Part shown: piece after piece, positions 12,101 through 25,624 of the stretch | How positions within the stretch are numbered: the first letter of the stretch is position 1 | Layout of the letters: the number at the start of each line of letters is the position of its first letter | Assembly: GCA_964057225.1 (NCBI GenBank) | Contig: OZ059898.1 | Coordinates: 992,001 to 1,056,000 of the forward strand | Origin: Auanema rhodensis | Lineage: Eukaryota; Animalia; Nematoda | Reading direction: 5' to 3' | Length of the DNA stretch: 64,000 nt | Translations under genes and position numbers: made by a program | The notes under the pieces: model-generated | What the model saw: the letters and a program-made list of their open reading frames with translations, nothing else | The model's database searches: none | Told to the model about the DNA's origin: nothing

Positions 12101-14392
12101 TAAGCGTTTCTCAATGTAATATAGTGCATTCGATGCGGATTTTTAAGCTGCGTCGATCTGTGTTATCAGATTTGCGCTAGCTTAAAAATGCACCGAGATA
12201 TCGACTGATATAAGTTCACACTTATATCCTCGATTTTCACCCTGAAGAATTAATTTTTTCGTTGAATAACATTGTCCATCGTCTTTGCCTTGAAAAATGG
12301 AATCTAAAAACATCTACTTTTTGCTAAATTATCTTGAAATTTTTCGAAAAAATTTTTGTCAAAATGTTTTTGGAAGCAATGTTGAGTGTACATGGAAACT
12401 CAACATACACTAATGCATCATTTTTCAAACGATCATAACTAATTTTTGTATTAAGCGTTTCTCAATGTAATATAGTGCATTCGATGCGGATTTTTAAGCT
12501 GCGTCGATCTGTGTTATCAGATTTGCGCTAGCTTAAAAATGCACCGAGATATCGACTGATATAAGTTCACACTTATATCCTCGATTTTCACCCTGAAGAA
12601 TTAATTTTTTCGTTGAATAACATTGTCCATCGTCTTTGCCTTGAAAAATGGAATCTAAAAACATCTACTTTTTGCTAAATTATTTTGAAATTTTTTGAAA
12701 AAATTTTTGTCAAAATGTTTTTGGAAGCAATGTTGAGTGTACATGGAAACTCAACATACACTAATGCATCATTTTTCAAACGATCATAACTAATTTTTGT
12801 ATTAAGCGTTTCTCAATGTAGTATAGTGCATTCGATGCGGATTTTTAAGCTGCGTCGATCTGTGTTATCAGATTTGCGCTAGCTTAAAAATGCACCGAGA
12901 TATCAACTGACATAAGTTTACACTTATATCCTCGATTTTCACCCTGAAGAATTAATTTTTTCGTTGAATAACATTATCCATCGTCTTTGCCTTAAAAAAT
13001 GGAATCTAAAAACATCTACTTTTTGCTAAATTATCTTGAAATTTTTCGAAAAAATTTTTGTCAAAATGTTTTTGGAAGCAATGTTGAGTGTACATGGAAA
13101 CTCAACATACACTAATGCATCATTTTTCAAACGATCATAACTAATTTTTGTATTAAGCGTTTCTCAATGTAATATAGTGCATTCGATGCGGATTTTTAAG
13201 CTGCGTCGATCTGTGTTATCAGATTTGCGCTAGCTTAAAAATGCACCGAGATATCAACTGATATAAGTTCACACTTATATCCTCGATTTTCACCCTGAAG
13301 AATTAATTTTTTCGTTGAATAACATTGTCCATCGTCTTTGCCTTGAAAAAAGGAATCTAAAAACATCTACTTTTTGCTAAATTATTTTGAAATTTTTCGA
13401 AAACATTTTTGTCAAAATGTTTTTGGAAGCAATGTTGAGTGTACATGGAAACTCAACATACACTAATGCATCATTTTTCAAACGATCATAACTAATTTTT
13501 GTATTAAGCGTTTCTCAATGTAGTATAGTGCATTTGATGCGGATTTTTAAGCTGCGTCGATCTGTGTTATCAGATTTGCGCTAGCTTAAAAATGCACCGA
13601 GATATCAACTGATATAAGTTTACACTTATATCCTCGATTTTCACCCTGAAGAATTAATTTTTTCGTTGAATAACATTATCCATCGTCTTTGCCTTGAAAA
13701 AAGGAATCTAAAAACATCTACTTTTTGCTAAATTATTTTGAAATTTTTCGAAAAAATTTTTGTCAAAATGTTTTTGGAAGCAATGTTGAGTGTACATGGA
13801 AACTCAACATACACTAATGCATCATTTTTCAAACGATCATAACTAATTTTTGTATTAAGCGTTTCTCAATGTAATATAGTGCATTCGATGCGGATTTTTA
13901 AGCTGCGTCGATCTGTGTTATCAGATTTGCGCTAGCTTAAAAATGCACCGAGATATCGACTGATATAAGTTCACACTTATATCCTCGATTTTCACCCTGA
14001 AGAATTAATTTTTTCGTTGAATAACATTGTCCATCGTCTTTGCCTTGAAAAATGGAATCTAAAAACATCTACTTTTTGCTAAATTATCTTGAAATTTTTC
14101 GAAAAAATTTTTGTCAAAATGTTTTTGGAAGCAATGTTGAGTGTACATGGAAACTCAACATACACTAATGCATCATTTTTCAAACGATCATAACTAATTT
14201 TTGTATTAAGCGTTTCTCAATGTAATATAGTGCATTCGATGCGGATTTTTAAGCTGCGTCGATCTGTGTTATCAGATTTGCGCTAGCTTAAAAATGCACC
14301 GAGATATCGACTGATATAAATTCACACTTATATCCTCGATTTTCACCCTGAAGAATTAATTTTTTCGTTGAATAACATTGTCCATCGTCTTT
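9128..14392. repeat. Higher-order repeat: 5 monomers (1755 bp) x3, copies 27-41
   Basis: The rare allele gaCataagttTac occurs at 9401, 11156 and 12911, spaced exactly 1755 bp, with the same order of flanking monomer haplotypes. Confidence 0.88.
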
Positions 14393-17300
14393 GCCTTGAA
14401 AAATGGAATCTAAAAACATCTACTTTTTGCTAAATTATCTTGAAATTTTTTGAAAAAATTTTTGTCAAAATGTTTTTGGAAGCAATGTTGAGTGTACATG
14501 GAAACTCAACATACACTAATGCATCATTTTTCAAACGATCATAACTAATTTTTGTATTAAGCGTTTCTCAATGTAATATAGTGCATTCGATGCGGATTTT
14601 TAAGCTGCGTCGATCTGTGTTATCAGATTTGCGCTAGCTTAAAAATGCACCGAGATATCGACTGATATAAGTTCACACTTATATCCTCGATTTTCACCCT
14701 GAAGAATTAATTTTTTCGTTGAATAACATTGTCCATCGTCTTTGCCTTGAAAAATGGAATCTAAAAAAATCTACTTTTTGCTAAATTATCTTGAAATTTT
14801 TCGAAAAAATTTTTGTCAAAATGTTTTTGGAAGCAATGTTGAGTGTACATGGAAACTCAACATACACTAATGCATCATTTTTCAAACGATCATAACTAAT
14901 TTTTGTATTAAGCGTTTCTCAATGTAATATAGTGCATTCGATGCGGATTTTTAAGCTGCGTCCATCTGTGTTATCAGATTTGCGCTAGCTTAAAAATGCA
15001 CCGAGATATCGACTGATATAAGTTTACACTTATATCCTCGATTTTCACCCTGAAGAATTAATTTTTTCGTTGAATAACATTGTCCATCGTCTTTGCCTTG
15101 AAAAATGGAATCTAAAAACATCTACTTTTTGCTAAATTATTTTGAAATTTTTTGAAAAAATTTTTGTCAAAATGTTTTTGGAAGCAATGTTGAGTGTACA
15201 TGGAAACTCAACATACACTAATGCATCATTTTTCAAACGATCATAACTAATTTTTGTATTAAGCGTTTCTCAATGTAATATAGTGCATTCGATGCGGATT
15301 TTTAAGCTGCGTCGATCTGTGTTATCAGATTTGCGCTAGCTTAAAAATGCACCGAGATATCGACTGATATAAGTTCACACTTATATCCTCGATTTTCACC
15401 CTGAAGAATTAATTTTTTCGTTGAATAACATTGTCCATCGTCTTTGCCTTGAAAAATGGAATCTAAAAACATCTACTTTTTGCTAAATTATTTTGAAATT
15501 TTTTGAAAAAATTTTTGTCAAAATGTTTTTGGAAGCAATGTTGAGTGTACATGGAAACTCAACATACACTAATGCATCATTTTTCAAACGATCATAACTA
15601 ATTTTTGTATTAAGCGTTTCTCAATGTAGTATAGTGCATTCGATGCGGATTTTTAAGCTGCGTCGATCTGTGTTATCAGATTTGCGCTAGCTTAAAAATG
15701 CACCGAGATATCAACTGACATAAGTTTACACTTATATCCTCGATTTTCACCCTGAAGAATTAATTTTTTCGTTGAATAACATTATCCATCGTCTTTGCCT
15801 TAAAAAATGGAATCTAAAAACATCTACTTTTTGCTAAATTATCTTGAAATTTTTCGAAAAAATTTTTGTCAAAATGTTTTTGGAAGCAATGTTGAGTGTA
15901 CATGGAAACTCAACATACACTAATGCATCATTTTTCAAACGATCATAACTAATTTTTGTATTAAGCGTTTCTCAATGTAATATAGTGCATTCGATGCGGA
16001 TTTTTAAGCTGCGTCGATCTGTGTTATCAGATTTGCGCTAGCTTAAAAATGCACCGAGATATCAACTGATATAAGTTCACACTTATATCCTCGATTTTCA
16101 CCCTGAAGAATTAATTTTTTCGTTGAATAACATTGTCCATCGTCTTTGCCTTGAAAAAAGGAATCTAAAAACATCTACTTTTTGCTAAATTATTTTGAAA
16201 TTTTTCGAAAACATTTTTGTCAAAATGTTTTTGGAAGCAATGTTGAGTGTACATGGAAACTCAACATACACTAATGCATCATTTTTCAAACGATCATAAC
16301 TAATTTTTGTATTAAGCGTTTCTCAATGTAGTATAGTGCATTTGATGCGGATTTTTAAGCTGCGTCGATCTGTGTTATCAGATTTGCGCTAGCTTAAAAA
16401 TGCACCGAGATATCAACTGATATAAGTTTACACTTATATCCTCGATTTTCACCCTGAAGAATTAATTTTTTCGTTGAATAACATTATCCATCGTCTTTGC
16501 CTTGAAAAAAGGAATCTAAAAACATCTACTTTTTGCTAAATTATTTTGAAATTTTTGGAAAAAATTTTTGTCAAAATGTTTTTGGAAGCAATGTTGAGTG
16601 TACATGGAAACTCAACATACACTAATGCATCATTTTTCAAACGATCATAACTAATTTTTGTATTAAGCGTTTCTCAATGTAATATAGTGCATTCGATGCG
16701 GATTTTTAAGCTGCGTCGATCTGTGTTATCAGATTTGCGCTAGCTTAAAAATGCACCGAGATATCGACTGATATAAGTTCACACTTATATCCTCGATTTT
16801 CACCCTGAAGAATTAATTTTTTCGTTGAATAACATTGTCCATCGTCTTTGCCTTGAAAAAAGGAATCTAAAAACATCTACTTTTTGCTAAATTATTTTGA
16901 AATTTTTCGAAAACATTTTTGTCAAAATGTTTTTGGAAGCAATGTTGAGTGTACATGGAAACTCAACATACACTAATGCATCATTTTTCAAACGATCATA
17001 ACTAATTTTTGTATTAAGCGTTTCTCAATGTAGTATAGTGCATTTGATGCGGATTTTTAAGCTGCGTCGATCTGTGTTATCAGATTTGCGCTAGCTTAAA
17101 AATGCACCGAGATATCGACTGATATAAGTTTACACTTATATCCTCGATTTTCACCCTGAAGAATTAATTTTTTCGTTGAATAACATTGTCCATCGTCTTT
17201 GCCTTGAAAAATGGAATCTAAAAACATCTACTTTTTGCTAAATTATCTTGAAATTTTTCGAAAAAATTTTTGTCAAAATGTTTTTGGAAGCAATGTTGAG

Positions 17301-20300
17301 TGTACATGGAAACTCAACATACACTAATGCATCATTTTTCAAACGATCATAACTAATTTTTGTATTAAGCGTTTCTCAATGTAATATAGTGCATTCGATG
17401 CGGATTTTTAAGCTGCGTCGATCTGTGTTATCAGATTTGCGCTAGCTTAAAAATGCACCGAGATATCAACTGATATAAGTTCACACTTATATCCTCGATT
17501 TTCACCCTGAAGAATTAATTTTTTCGTTGAATAACATTGTCCATCGTCTTTGCCTTGAAAAAAGGAATCTAAAAACATCTACTTTTTGCTAAATTATTTT
17601 GAAATTTTTCGAAAACATTTTTGTCAAAATGTTTTTGGAAGCAATGTTGAGTGTACATGGAAACTCAACATACACTAATGCATCATTTTTCAAACGATCA
17701 TAACTAATTTTTGTATTAAGCGTTTCTCAATGTAGTATAGTGCATTTGATGCGGATTTTTAAGCTGCGTCGATCTGTGTTATCAGATTTGCGCTAGCTTA
17801 AAAATGCACCGAGATATCAACTGATATAAGTTTACACTTATATCCTCGATTTTCACCCTGAAGAATTAATTTTTTCGTTGAATAACATTATCCATCGTCT
17901 TTGCCTTGAAAAAAGGAATCTAAAAACATCTACTTTTTGCTAAATTATTTTGAAATTTTTCGAAAAAATTTTTGTCAAAATGTTTTTGGAAGCAATGTTG
18001 AGTGTACATGGAAACTCAACATACACTAATGCATCATTTTTCAAACGATCATAACTAATTTTTGTATTAAGCGTTTCTCAATGTAATATAGTGCATTCGA
18101 TGCGGATTTTTAAGCTGCGTCGATCTGTGTTATCAGATTTGCGCTAGCTTAAAAATGCACCGAGATATCGACTGATATAAGTTCACACTTATATCCTCGA
18201 TTTTCACCCTGAAGAATTAATTTTTTCGTTGAATAACATTGTCCATCGTCTTTGCCTTGAAAAATGGAATCTAAAAACATCTACTTTTTGCTAAATTATC
18301 TTGAAATTTTTCGAAAAAATTTTTGTCAAAATGTTTTTGGAAGCAATGTTGAGTGTACATGGAAACTCAACATACACTAATGCATCATTTTTCAAACGAT
18401 CATAACTAATTTTTGTATTAAGCGTTTCTCAATGTAATATAGTGCATTCGATGCGGATTTTTAAGCTGCGTCGATCTGTGTTATCAGATTTGCGCTAGCT
18501 TAAAAATGCACCGAGATATCGACTGATATAAATTCACACTTATATCCTCGATTTTCACCCTGAAGAATTAATTTTTTCGTTGAATAACATTGTCCATCGT
18601 CTTTGCCTTGAAAAATGGAATCTAAAAACATCTACTTTTTGCTAAATTATCTTGAAATTTTTTGAAAAAATTTTTGTCAAAATGTTTTTGGAAGCAATGT
18701 TGAGTGTACATGGAAACTCAACATACACTAATGCATCATTTTTCAAACGATCATAACTAATTTTTGTATTAAGCGTTTCTCAATGTAATATAGTGCATTC
18801 GATGCGGATTTTTAAGCTGCGTCGATCTGTGTTATCAGATTTGCGCTAGCTTAAAAATGCACCGAGATATCGACTGATATAAGTTCACACTTATATCCTC
18901 GATTTTCACCCTGAAGAATTAATTTTTTCGTTGAATAACATTGTCCATCGTCTTTGCCTTGAAAAATGGAATCTAAAAAAATCTACTTTTTGCTAAATTA
19001 TCTTGAAATTTTTCGAAAAAATTTTTGTCAAAATGTTTTTGGAAGCAATGTTGAGTGTACATGGAAACTCAACATACACTAATGCATCATTTTTCAAACG
19101 ATCATAACTAATTTTTGTATTAAGCGTTTCTCAATGTAATATAGTGCATTCGATGCGGATTTTTAAGCTGCGTCCATCTGTGTTATCAGATTTGCGCTAG
19201 CTTAAAAATGCACCGAGATATCGACTGATATAAGTTTACACTTATATCCTCGATTTTCACCCTGAAGAATTAATTTTTTCGTTGAATAACATTGTCCATC
19301 GTCTTTGCCTTGAAAAATGGAATCTAAAAACATCTACTTTTTGCTAAATTATTTTGAAATTTTTTGAAAAAATTTTTGTCAAAATGTTTTTGGAAGCAAT
19401 GTTGAGTGTACATGGAAACTCAACATACACTAATGCATCATTTTTCAAACGATCATAACTAATTTTTGTATTAAGCGTTTCTCAATGTAATATAGTGCAT
19501 TCGATGCGGATTTTTAAGCTGCGTCGATCTGTGTTATCAGATTTGCGCTAGCTTAAAAATGCACCGAGATATCGACTGATATAAGTTCACACTTATATCC
19601 TCGATTTTCACCCTGAAGAATTAATTTTTTCGTTGAATAACATTGTCCATCGTCTTTGCCTTGAAAAATGGAATCTAAAAACATCTACTTTTTGCTAAAT
19701 TATTTTGAAATTTTTTGAAAAAATTTTTGTCAAAATGTTTTTGGAAGCAATGTTGAGTGTACATGGAAACTCAACATACACTAATGCATCATTTTTCAAA
19801 CGATCATAACTAATTTTTGTATTAAGCGTTTCTCAATGTAGTATAGTGCATTCGATGCGGATTTTTAAGCTGCGTCGATCTGTGTTATCAGATTTGCGCT
19901 AGCTTAAAAATGCACCGAGATATCAACTGACATAAGTTTACACTTATATCCTCGATTTTCACCCTGAAGAATTAATTTTTTCGTTGAATAACATTATCCA
20001 TCGTCTTTGCCTTAAAAAATGGAATCTAAAAACATCTACTTTTTGCTAAATTATCTTGAAATTTTTCGAAAAAATTTTTGTCAAAATGTTTTTGGAAGCA
20101 ATGTTGAGTGTACATGGAAACTCAACATACACTAATGCATCATTTTTCAAACGATCATAACTAATTTTTGTATTAAGCGTTTCTCAATGTAATATAGTGC
20201 ATTCGATGCGGATTTTTAAGCTGCGTCGATCTGTGTTATCAGATTTGCGCTAGCTTAAAAATGCACCGAGATATCAACTGATATAAGTTCACACTTATAT

Positions 20301-21679
20301 CCTCGATTTTCACCCTGAAGAATTAATTTTTTCGTTGAATAACATTGTCCATCGTCTTTGCCTTGAAAAAAGGAATCTAAAAACATCTACTTTTTGCTAA
20401 ATTATTTTGAAATTTTTCGAAAACATTTTTGTCAAAATGTTTTTGGAAGCAATGTTGAGTGTACATGGAAACTCAACATACACTAATGCATCATTTTTCA
20501 AACGATCATAACTAATTTTTGTATTAAGCGTTTCTCAATGTAGTATAGTGCATTTGATGCGGATTTTTAAGCTGCGTCGATCTGTGTTATCAGATTTGCG
20601 CTAGCTTAAAAATGCACCGAGATATCAACTGATATAAGTTTACACTTATATCCTCGATTTTCACCCTGAAGAATTAATTTTTTCGTTGAATAACATTATC
20701 CATCGTCTTTGCCTTGAAAAAAGGAATCTAAAAACATCTACTTTTTGCTAAATTATTTTGAAATTTTTGGAAAAAATTTTTGTCAAAATGTTTTTGGAAG
20801 CAATGTTGAGTGTACATGGAAACTCAACATACACTAATGCATCATTTTTCAAACGATCATAACTAATTTTTGTATTAAGCGTTTCTCAATGTAATATAGT
20901 GCATTCGATGCGGATTTTTAAGCTGCGTCGATCTGTGTTATCAGATTTGCGCTAGCTTAAAAATGCACCGAGATATCGACTGATATAAGTTCACACTTAT
21001 ATCCTCGATTTTCACCCTGAAGAATTAATTTTTTCGTTGAATAACATTGTCCATCGTCTTTGCCTTGAAAAAAGGAATCTAAAAACATCTACTTTTTGCT
21101 AAATTATTTTGAAATTTTTCGAAAACATTTTTGTCAAAATGTTTTTGGAAGCAATGTTGAGTGTACATGGAAACTCAACATACACTAATGCATCATTTTT
21201 CAAACGATCATAACTAATTTTTGTATTAAGCGTTTCTCAATGTAGTATAGTGCATTTGATGCGGATTTTTAAGCTGCGTCGATCTGTGTTATCAGATTTG
21301 CGCTAGCTTAAAAATGCACCGAGATATCGACTGATATAAGTTTACACTTATATCCTCGATTTTCACCCTGAAGAATTAATTTTTTCGTTGAATAACATTG
21401 TCCATCGTCTTTGCCTTGAAAAATGGAATCTAAAAACATCTACTTTTTGCTAAATTATCTTGAAATTTTTCGAAAAAATTTTTGTCAAAATGTTTTTGGA
21501 AGCAATGTTGAGTGTACATGGAAACTCAACATACACTAATGCATCATTTTTCAAACGATCATAACTAATTTTTGTATTAAGCGTTTCTCAATGTAATATA
21601 GTGCATTCGATGCGGATTTTTAAGCTGCGTCGATCTGTGTTATCAGATTTGCGCTAGCTTAAAAATGCACCGAGATATC
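12995..21679. repeat. Tandem duplication of a 12-monomer block (4212 bp)
   Basis: Paired rare alleles are offset by 4212: 14768/18980 (C25A), 14963/19175 (gtcCatct), 15719/19931 (T274C), 16557/20769 (tttttGgaa). Boundaries are approximate. Confidence 0.88.
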
Positions 21680-24600
21680 GACTGATATAAGTTCACACTT
21701 ATATCCTCGATTTTCACCCTGAAGAATTAATTTTTTCGTTGAATAACATTGTCCATCGTCTTTGCCTTGAAAAATGGAATCTAAAAACATCTACTTTTTG
21801 CTAAATTATTTTGAAATTTTTTGAAAAAATTTTTGTCAAAATGTTTTTGGAAGCAATGTTGAGTGTACATGGAAACTCAACATACACTAATGCATCATTT
21901 TTCAAACGATCATAACTAATTTTTGTATTAAGCGTTTCTCAATGTAATATAGTGCATTCGATGCGGATTTTTAAGCTGCGTCGATCTGTGTTATCAGATT
22001 TGCGCTAGCTTAAAAATGCACCGAGATATCGACTGATATAAGTTCACACTTATATCCTCGATTTTCACCCTGAAGAATTAATTTTTTCGTTGAATAACAT
22101 TGTCCATCGTCTTTGCCTTGAAAAAAGGAATCTAAAAACATCTACTTTTTGCTAAATTATTTTGAAATTTTTCGAAAAAATTTTTGTCAAAATGTTTTTG
22201 GAAGCAATGTTGAGTGTACATGGAAACTCAACATACACTAATGCATCATTTTTCAAACGATCATAACTAATTTTTGTATTAAGCGTTTCTCAATGTAATA
22301 TAGTGCATTCGATGCGGATTTTTAAGCTGCGTCGATCTGTGTTATCAGATTTGCGCTAGCTTAAAAATGCACCGAGATATCGACTGATATAAGTTCACAC
22401 TTATATCCTCGATTTTCACCCTGAAGAATTAATTTTTTCGTTGAATAACATTGTCCATCGTCTTTGCCTTGAAAAATGGAATCTAAAAACATCTACTTTT
22501 TGCTAAATTATTTTGAAATTTTTTGAAAAAATTTTTGTCAAAATGTTTTTGGAAGCAATGTTGAGTGTACATGGAAACTCAACATACACTAATGCATCAT
22601 TTTTCAAACGATCATAACTAATTTTTGTATTAAGCGTTTCTCAATGTAATATAGTGCATTCGATGCGGATTTTTAAGCTGCGTCGATCTGTGTTATCAGA
22701 TTTGCGCTAGCTTAAAAATGCACCGAGATATCGACTGATATAAGTTCACACTTATATCCTCGATTTTCACCCTGAAGAATTAATTTTTTCGTTGAATAAC
22801 ATTGTCCATCGTCTTTGCCTTGAAAAATGGAATCTAAAAACATCTACTTTTTGCTAAATTATTTTGAAATTTTTTGAAAAAATTTTTGTCAAAATGTTTT
22901 TGGAAGCAATGTTGAGTGTACATGGAAACTCAACATACACTAATGCATCATTTTTCAAACGATCATAACTAATTTTTGTATTAAGCGTTTCTCAATGTAG
23001 TATAGTGCATTCGATGCGGATTTTTAAGCTGCGTCGATCTGTGTTATCAGATTTGCGCTAGCTTAAAAATGCACCGAGATATCAACTGACATAAGTTTAC
23101 ACTTATATCCTCGATTTTCACCCTGAAGAATTAATTTTTTCGTTGAATAACATTATCCATCGTCTTTGCCTTAAAAAATGGAATCTAAAAACATCTACTT
23201 TTTGCTAAATTATCTTGAAATTTTTCGAAAAAATTTTTGTCAAAATGTTTTTGGAAGCAATGTTGAGTGTACATGGAAACTCAACATACACTAATGCATC
23301 ATTTTTCAAACGATCATAACTAATTTTTGTATTAAGCGTTTCTCAATGTAATATAGTGCATTCGATGCGGATTTTTAAGCTGCGTCGATCTGTGTTATCA
23401 GATTTGCGCTAGCTTAAAAATGCACCGAGATATCAACTGATATAAGTTCACACTTATATCCTCGATTTTCACCCTGAAGAATTAATTTTTTCGTTGAATA
23501 ACATTGTCCATCGTCTTTGCCTTGAAAAAAGGAATCTAAAAACATCTACTTTTTGCTAAATTATTTTGAAATTTTTCGAAAACATTTTTGTCAAAATGTT
23601 TTTGGAAGCAATGTTGAGTGTACATGGAAACTCAACATACACTAATGCATCATTTTTCAAACGATCATAACTAATTTTTGTATTAAGCGTTTCTCAATGT
23701 AGTATAGTGCATTTGATGCGGATTTTTAAGCTGCGTCGATCTGTGTTATCAGATTTGCGCTAGCTTAAAAATGCACCGAGATATCAACTGATATAAGTTT
23801 ACACTTATATCCTCGATTTTCACCCTGAAGAATTAATTTTTTCGTTGAATAACATTATCCATCGTCTTTGCCTTGAAAAAAGGAATCTAAAAACATCTAC
23901 TTTTTGCTAAATTATTTTGAAATTTTTCGAAAAAATTTTTGTCAAAATGTTTTTGGAAGCAATGTTGAGTGTACATGGAAACTCAACATACACTAATGCA
24001 TCATTTTTCAAACGATCATAACTAATTTTTGTATTAAGCGTTTCTCAATGTAATATAGTGCATTTGATGCGGATTTTTAAGCTGCGTCGATCTGTGTTAT
24101 CAGATTTGCGCTAGCTAAAAAATGCACCGAGATATCAACTGATATAAGTTCACACTTATATCCTCGATTTTCACCCTGAAGAATTAATTTTTTCGTTGAA
24201 TAACAATGTCCATCGTCTTTGCCTTGAAAAAAGGAATCTAAAAACATCTACTTTTTGCTAAATTATTTTGAAATTTTTCGAAAACATTTTTGTCAAAATG
24301 TTTTTGGAAGCAATGTTGAGTGTACATGGAAACTCAACATACACTAATGCATCATTTTTCAAACGATCATAACTAATTTTTGTATTAAGCGTTTCTCAAT
24401 GTAGTATAGTGCATTCGATGCGGATTTTTAAGCTGCGTCGATCTGTGTTATCAGATTTGCGCTAGCTTAAAAATGCACCGAGATATCAACTGACATAAGT
24501 TTACACTTATATCCTCGATTTTCACCCTGAAGAATTAATTTTTTCGTTGAATAACATTATCCATCGTCTTTGCCTTAAAAAATGGAATCTAAAAACATCT

Positions 24601-25624
24601 ACTTTTTGCTAAATTATCTTGAAATTTTTCGAAAAAATTTTTGTCAAAATGTTTTTGGAAGCAATGTTGAGTGTACATGGAAACTCAACATACACTAATG
24701 CATCATTTTTCAAACGATCATAACTAATTTTTGTATTAAGCGTTTCTCAATGTAATATAGTGCATTCGATGCGGATTTTTAAGCTGCGTCGATCTGTGTT
24801 ATCAGATTTGCGCTAGCTTAAAAATGCACCGAGATATCAACTGATATAAGTTCACACTTATATCCTCGATTTTCACCCTGAAGAATTAATTTTTTCGTTG
24901 AATAACATTATCCATCGTCTTTGCCTTGAAAAAAGGAATCTAAAAACATCTACTTTTTGCTAAATTATTTTGAAATTTTTCGAAAAAATTTTTGTCAAAA
25001 TGTTTTTGGAAGCAATGTTGAGTGTACATGGAAACTCAACATACACTAATGCATCATTTTTCAAACGATCATAACTAATTTTTGTATTAAGCGTTTCTCA
25101 ATGTAATATAGTGCATTCGATGCGGATTTTTAAGCTGCGTCGATCTGTGTTATCAGATTTGCGCTAGCTTAAAAATGCACCGAGATATCGACTGATATAA
25201 GTTCACACTTATATCCTCGATTTTCACCCTGAAGAATTAATTTTTTCGTTGAATAACATTGTCCATCGTCTTTGCCTTGAAAAATGGAATCTAAAAACAT
25301 CTACTTTTTGCTAAATTATCTTGAAATTTTTCGAAAAAATTTTTGTCAAAATGTTTTTGGAAGCAATGTTGAGTGTACATGGAAACTCAACATACACTAA
25401 TGCATCATTTTTCAAACGATCATAACTAATTTTTGTATTAAGCGTTTCTCAATGTAATATAGTGCATTCGATGCGGATTTTTAAGCTGCGTCGATCTGTG
25501 TTATCAGATTTGCGCTAGCTTAAAAATGCACCGAGATATCGACTGATATAAGTTCACACTTATATCCTCGATTTTCACCCTGAAGAATTAATTTTTTCGT
25601 TGAATAACATTGTCCATCGTCTTT

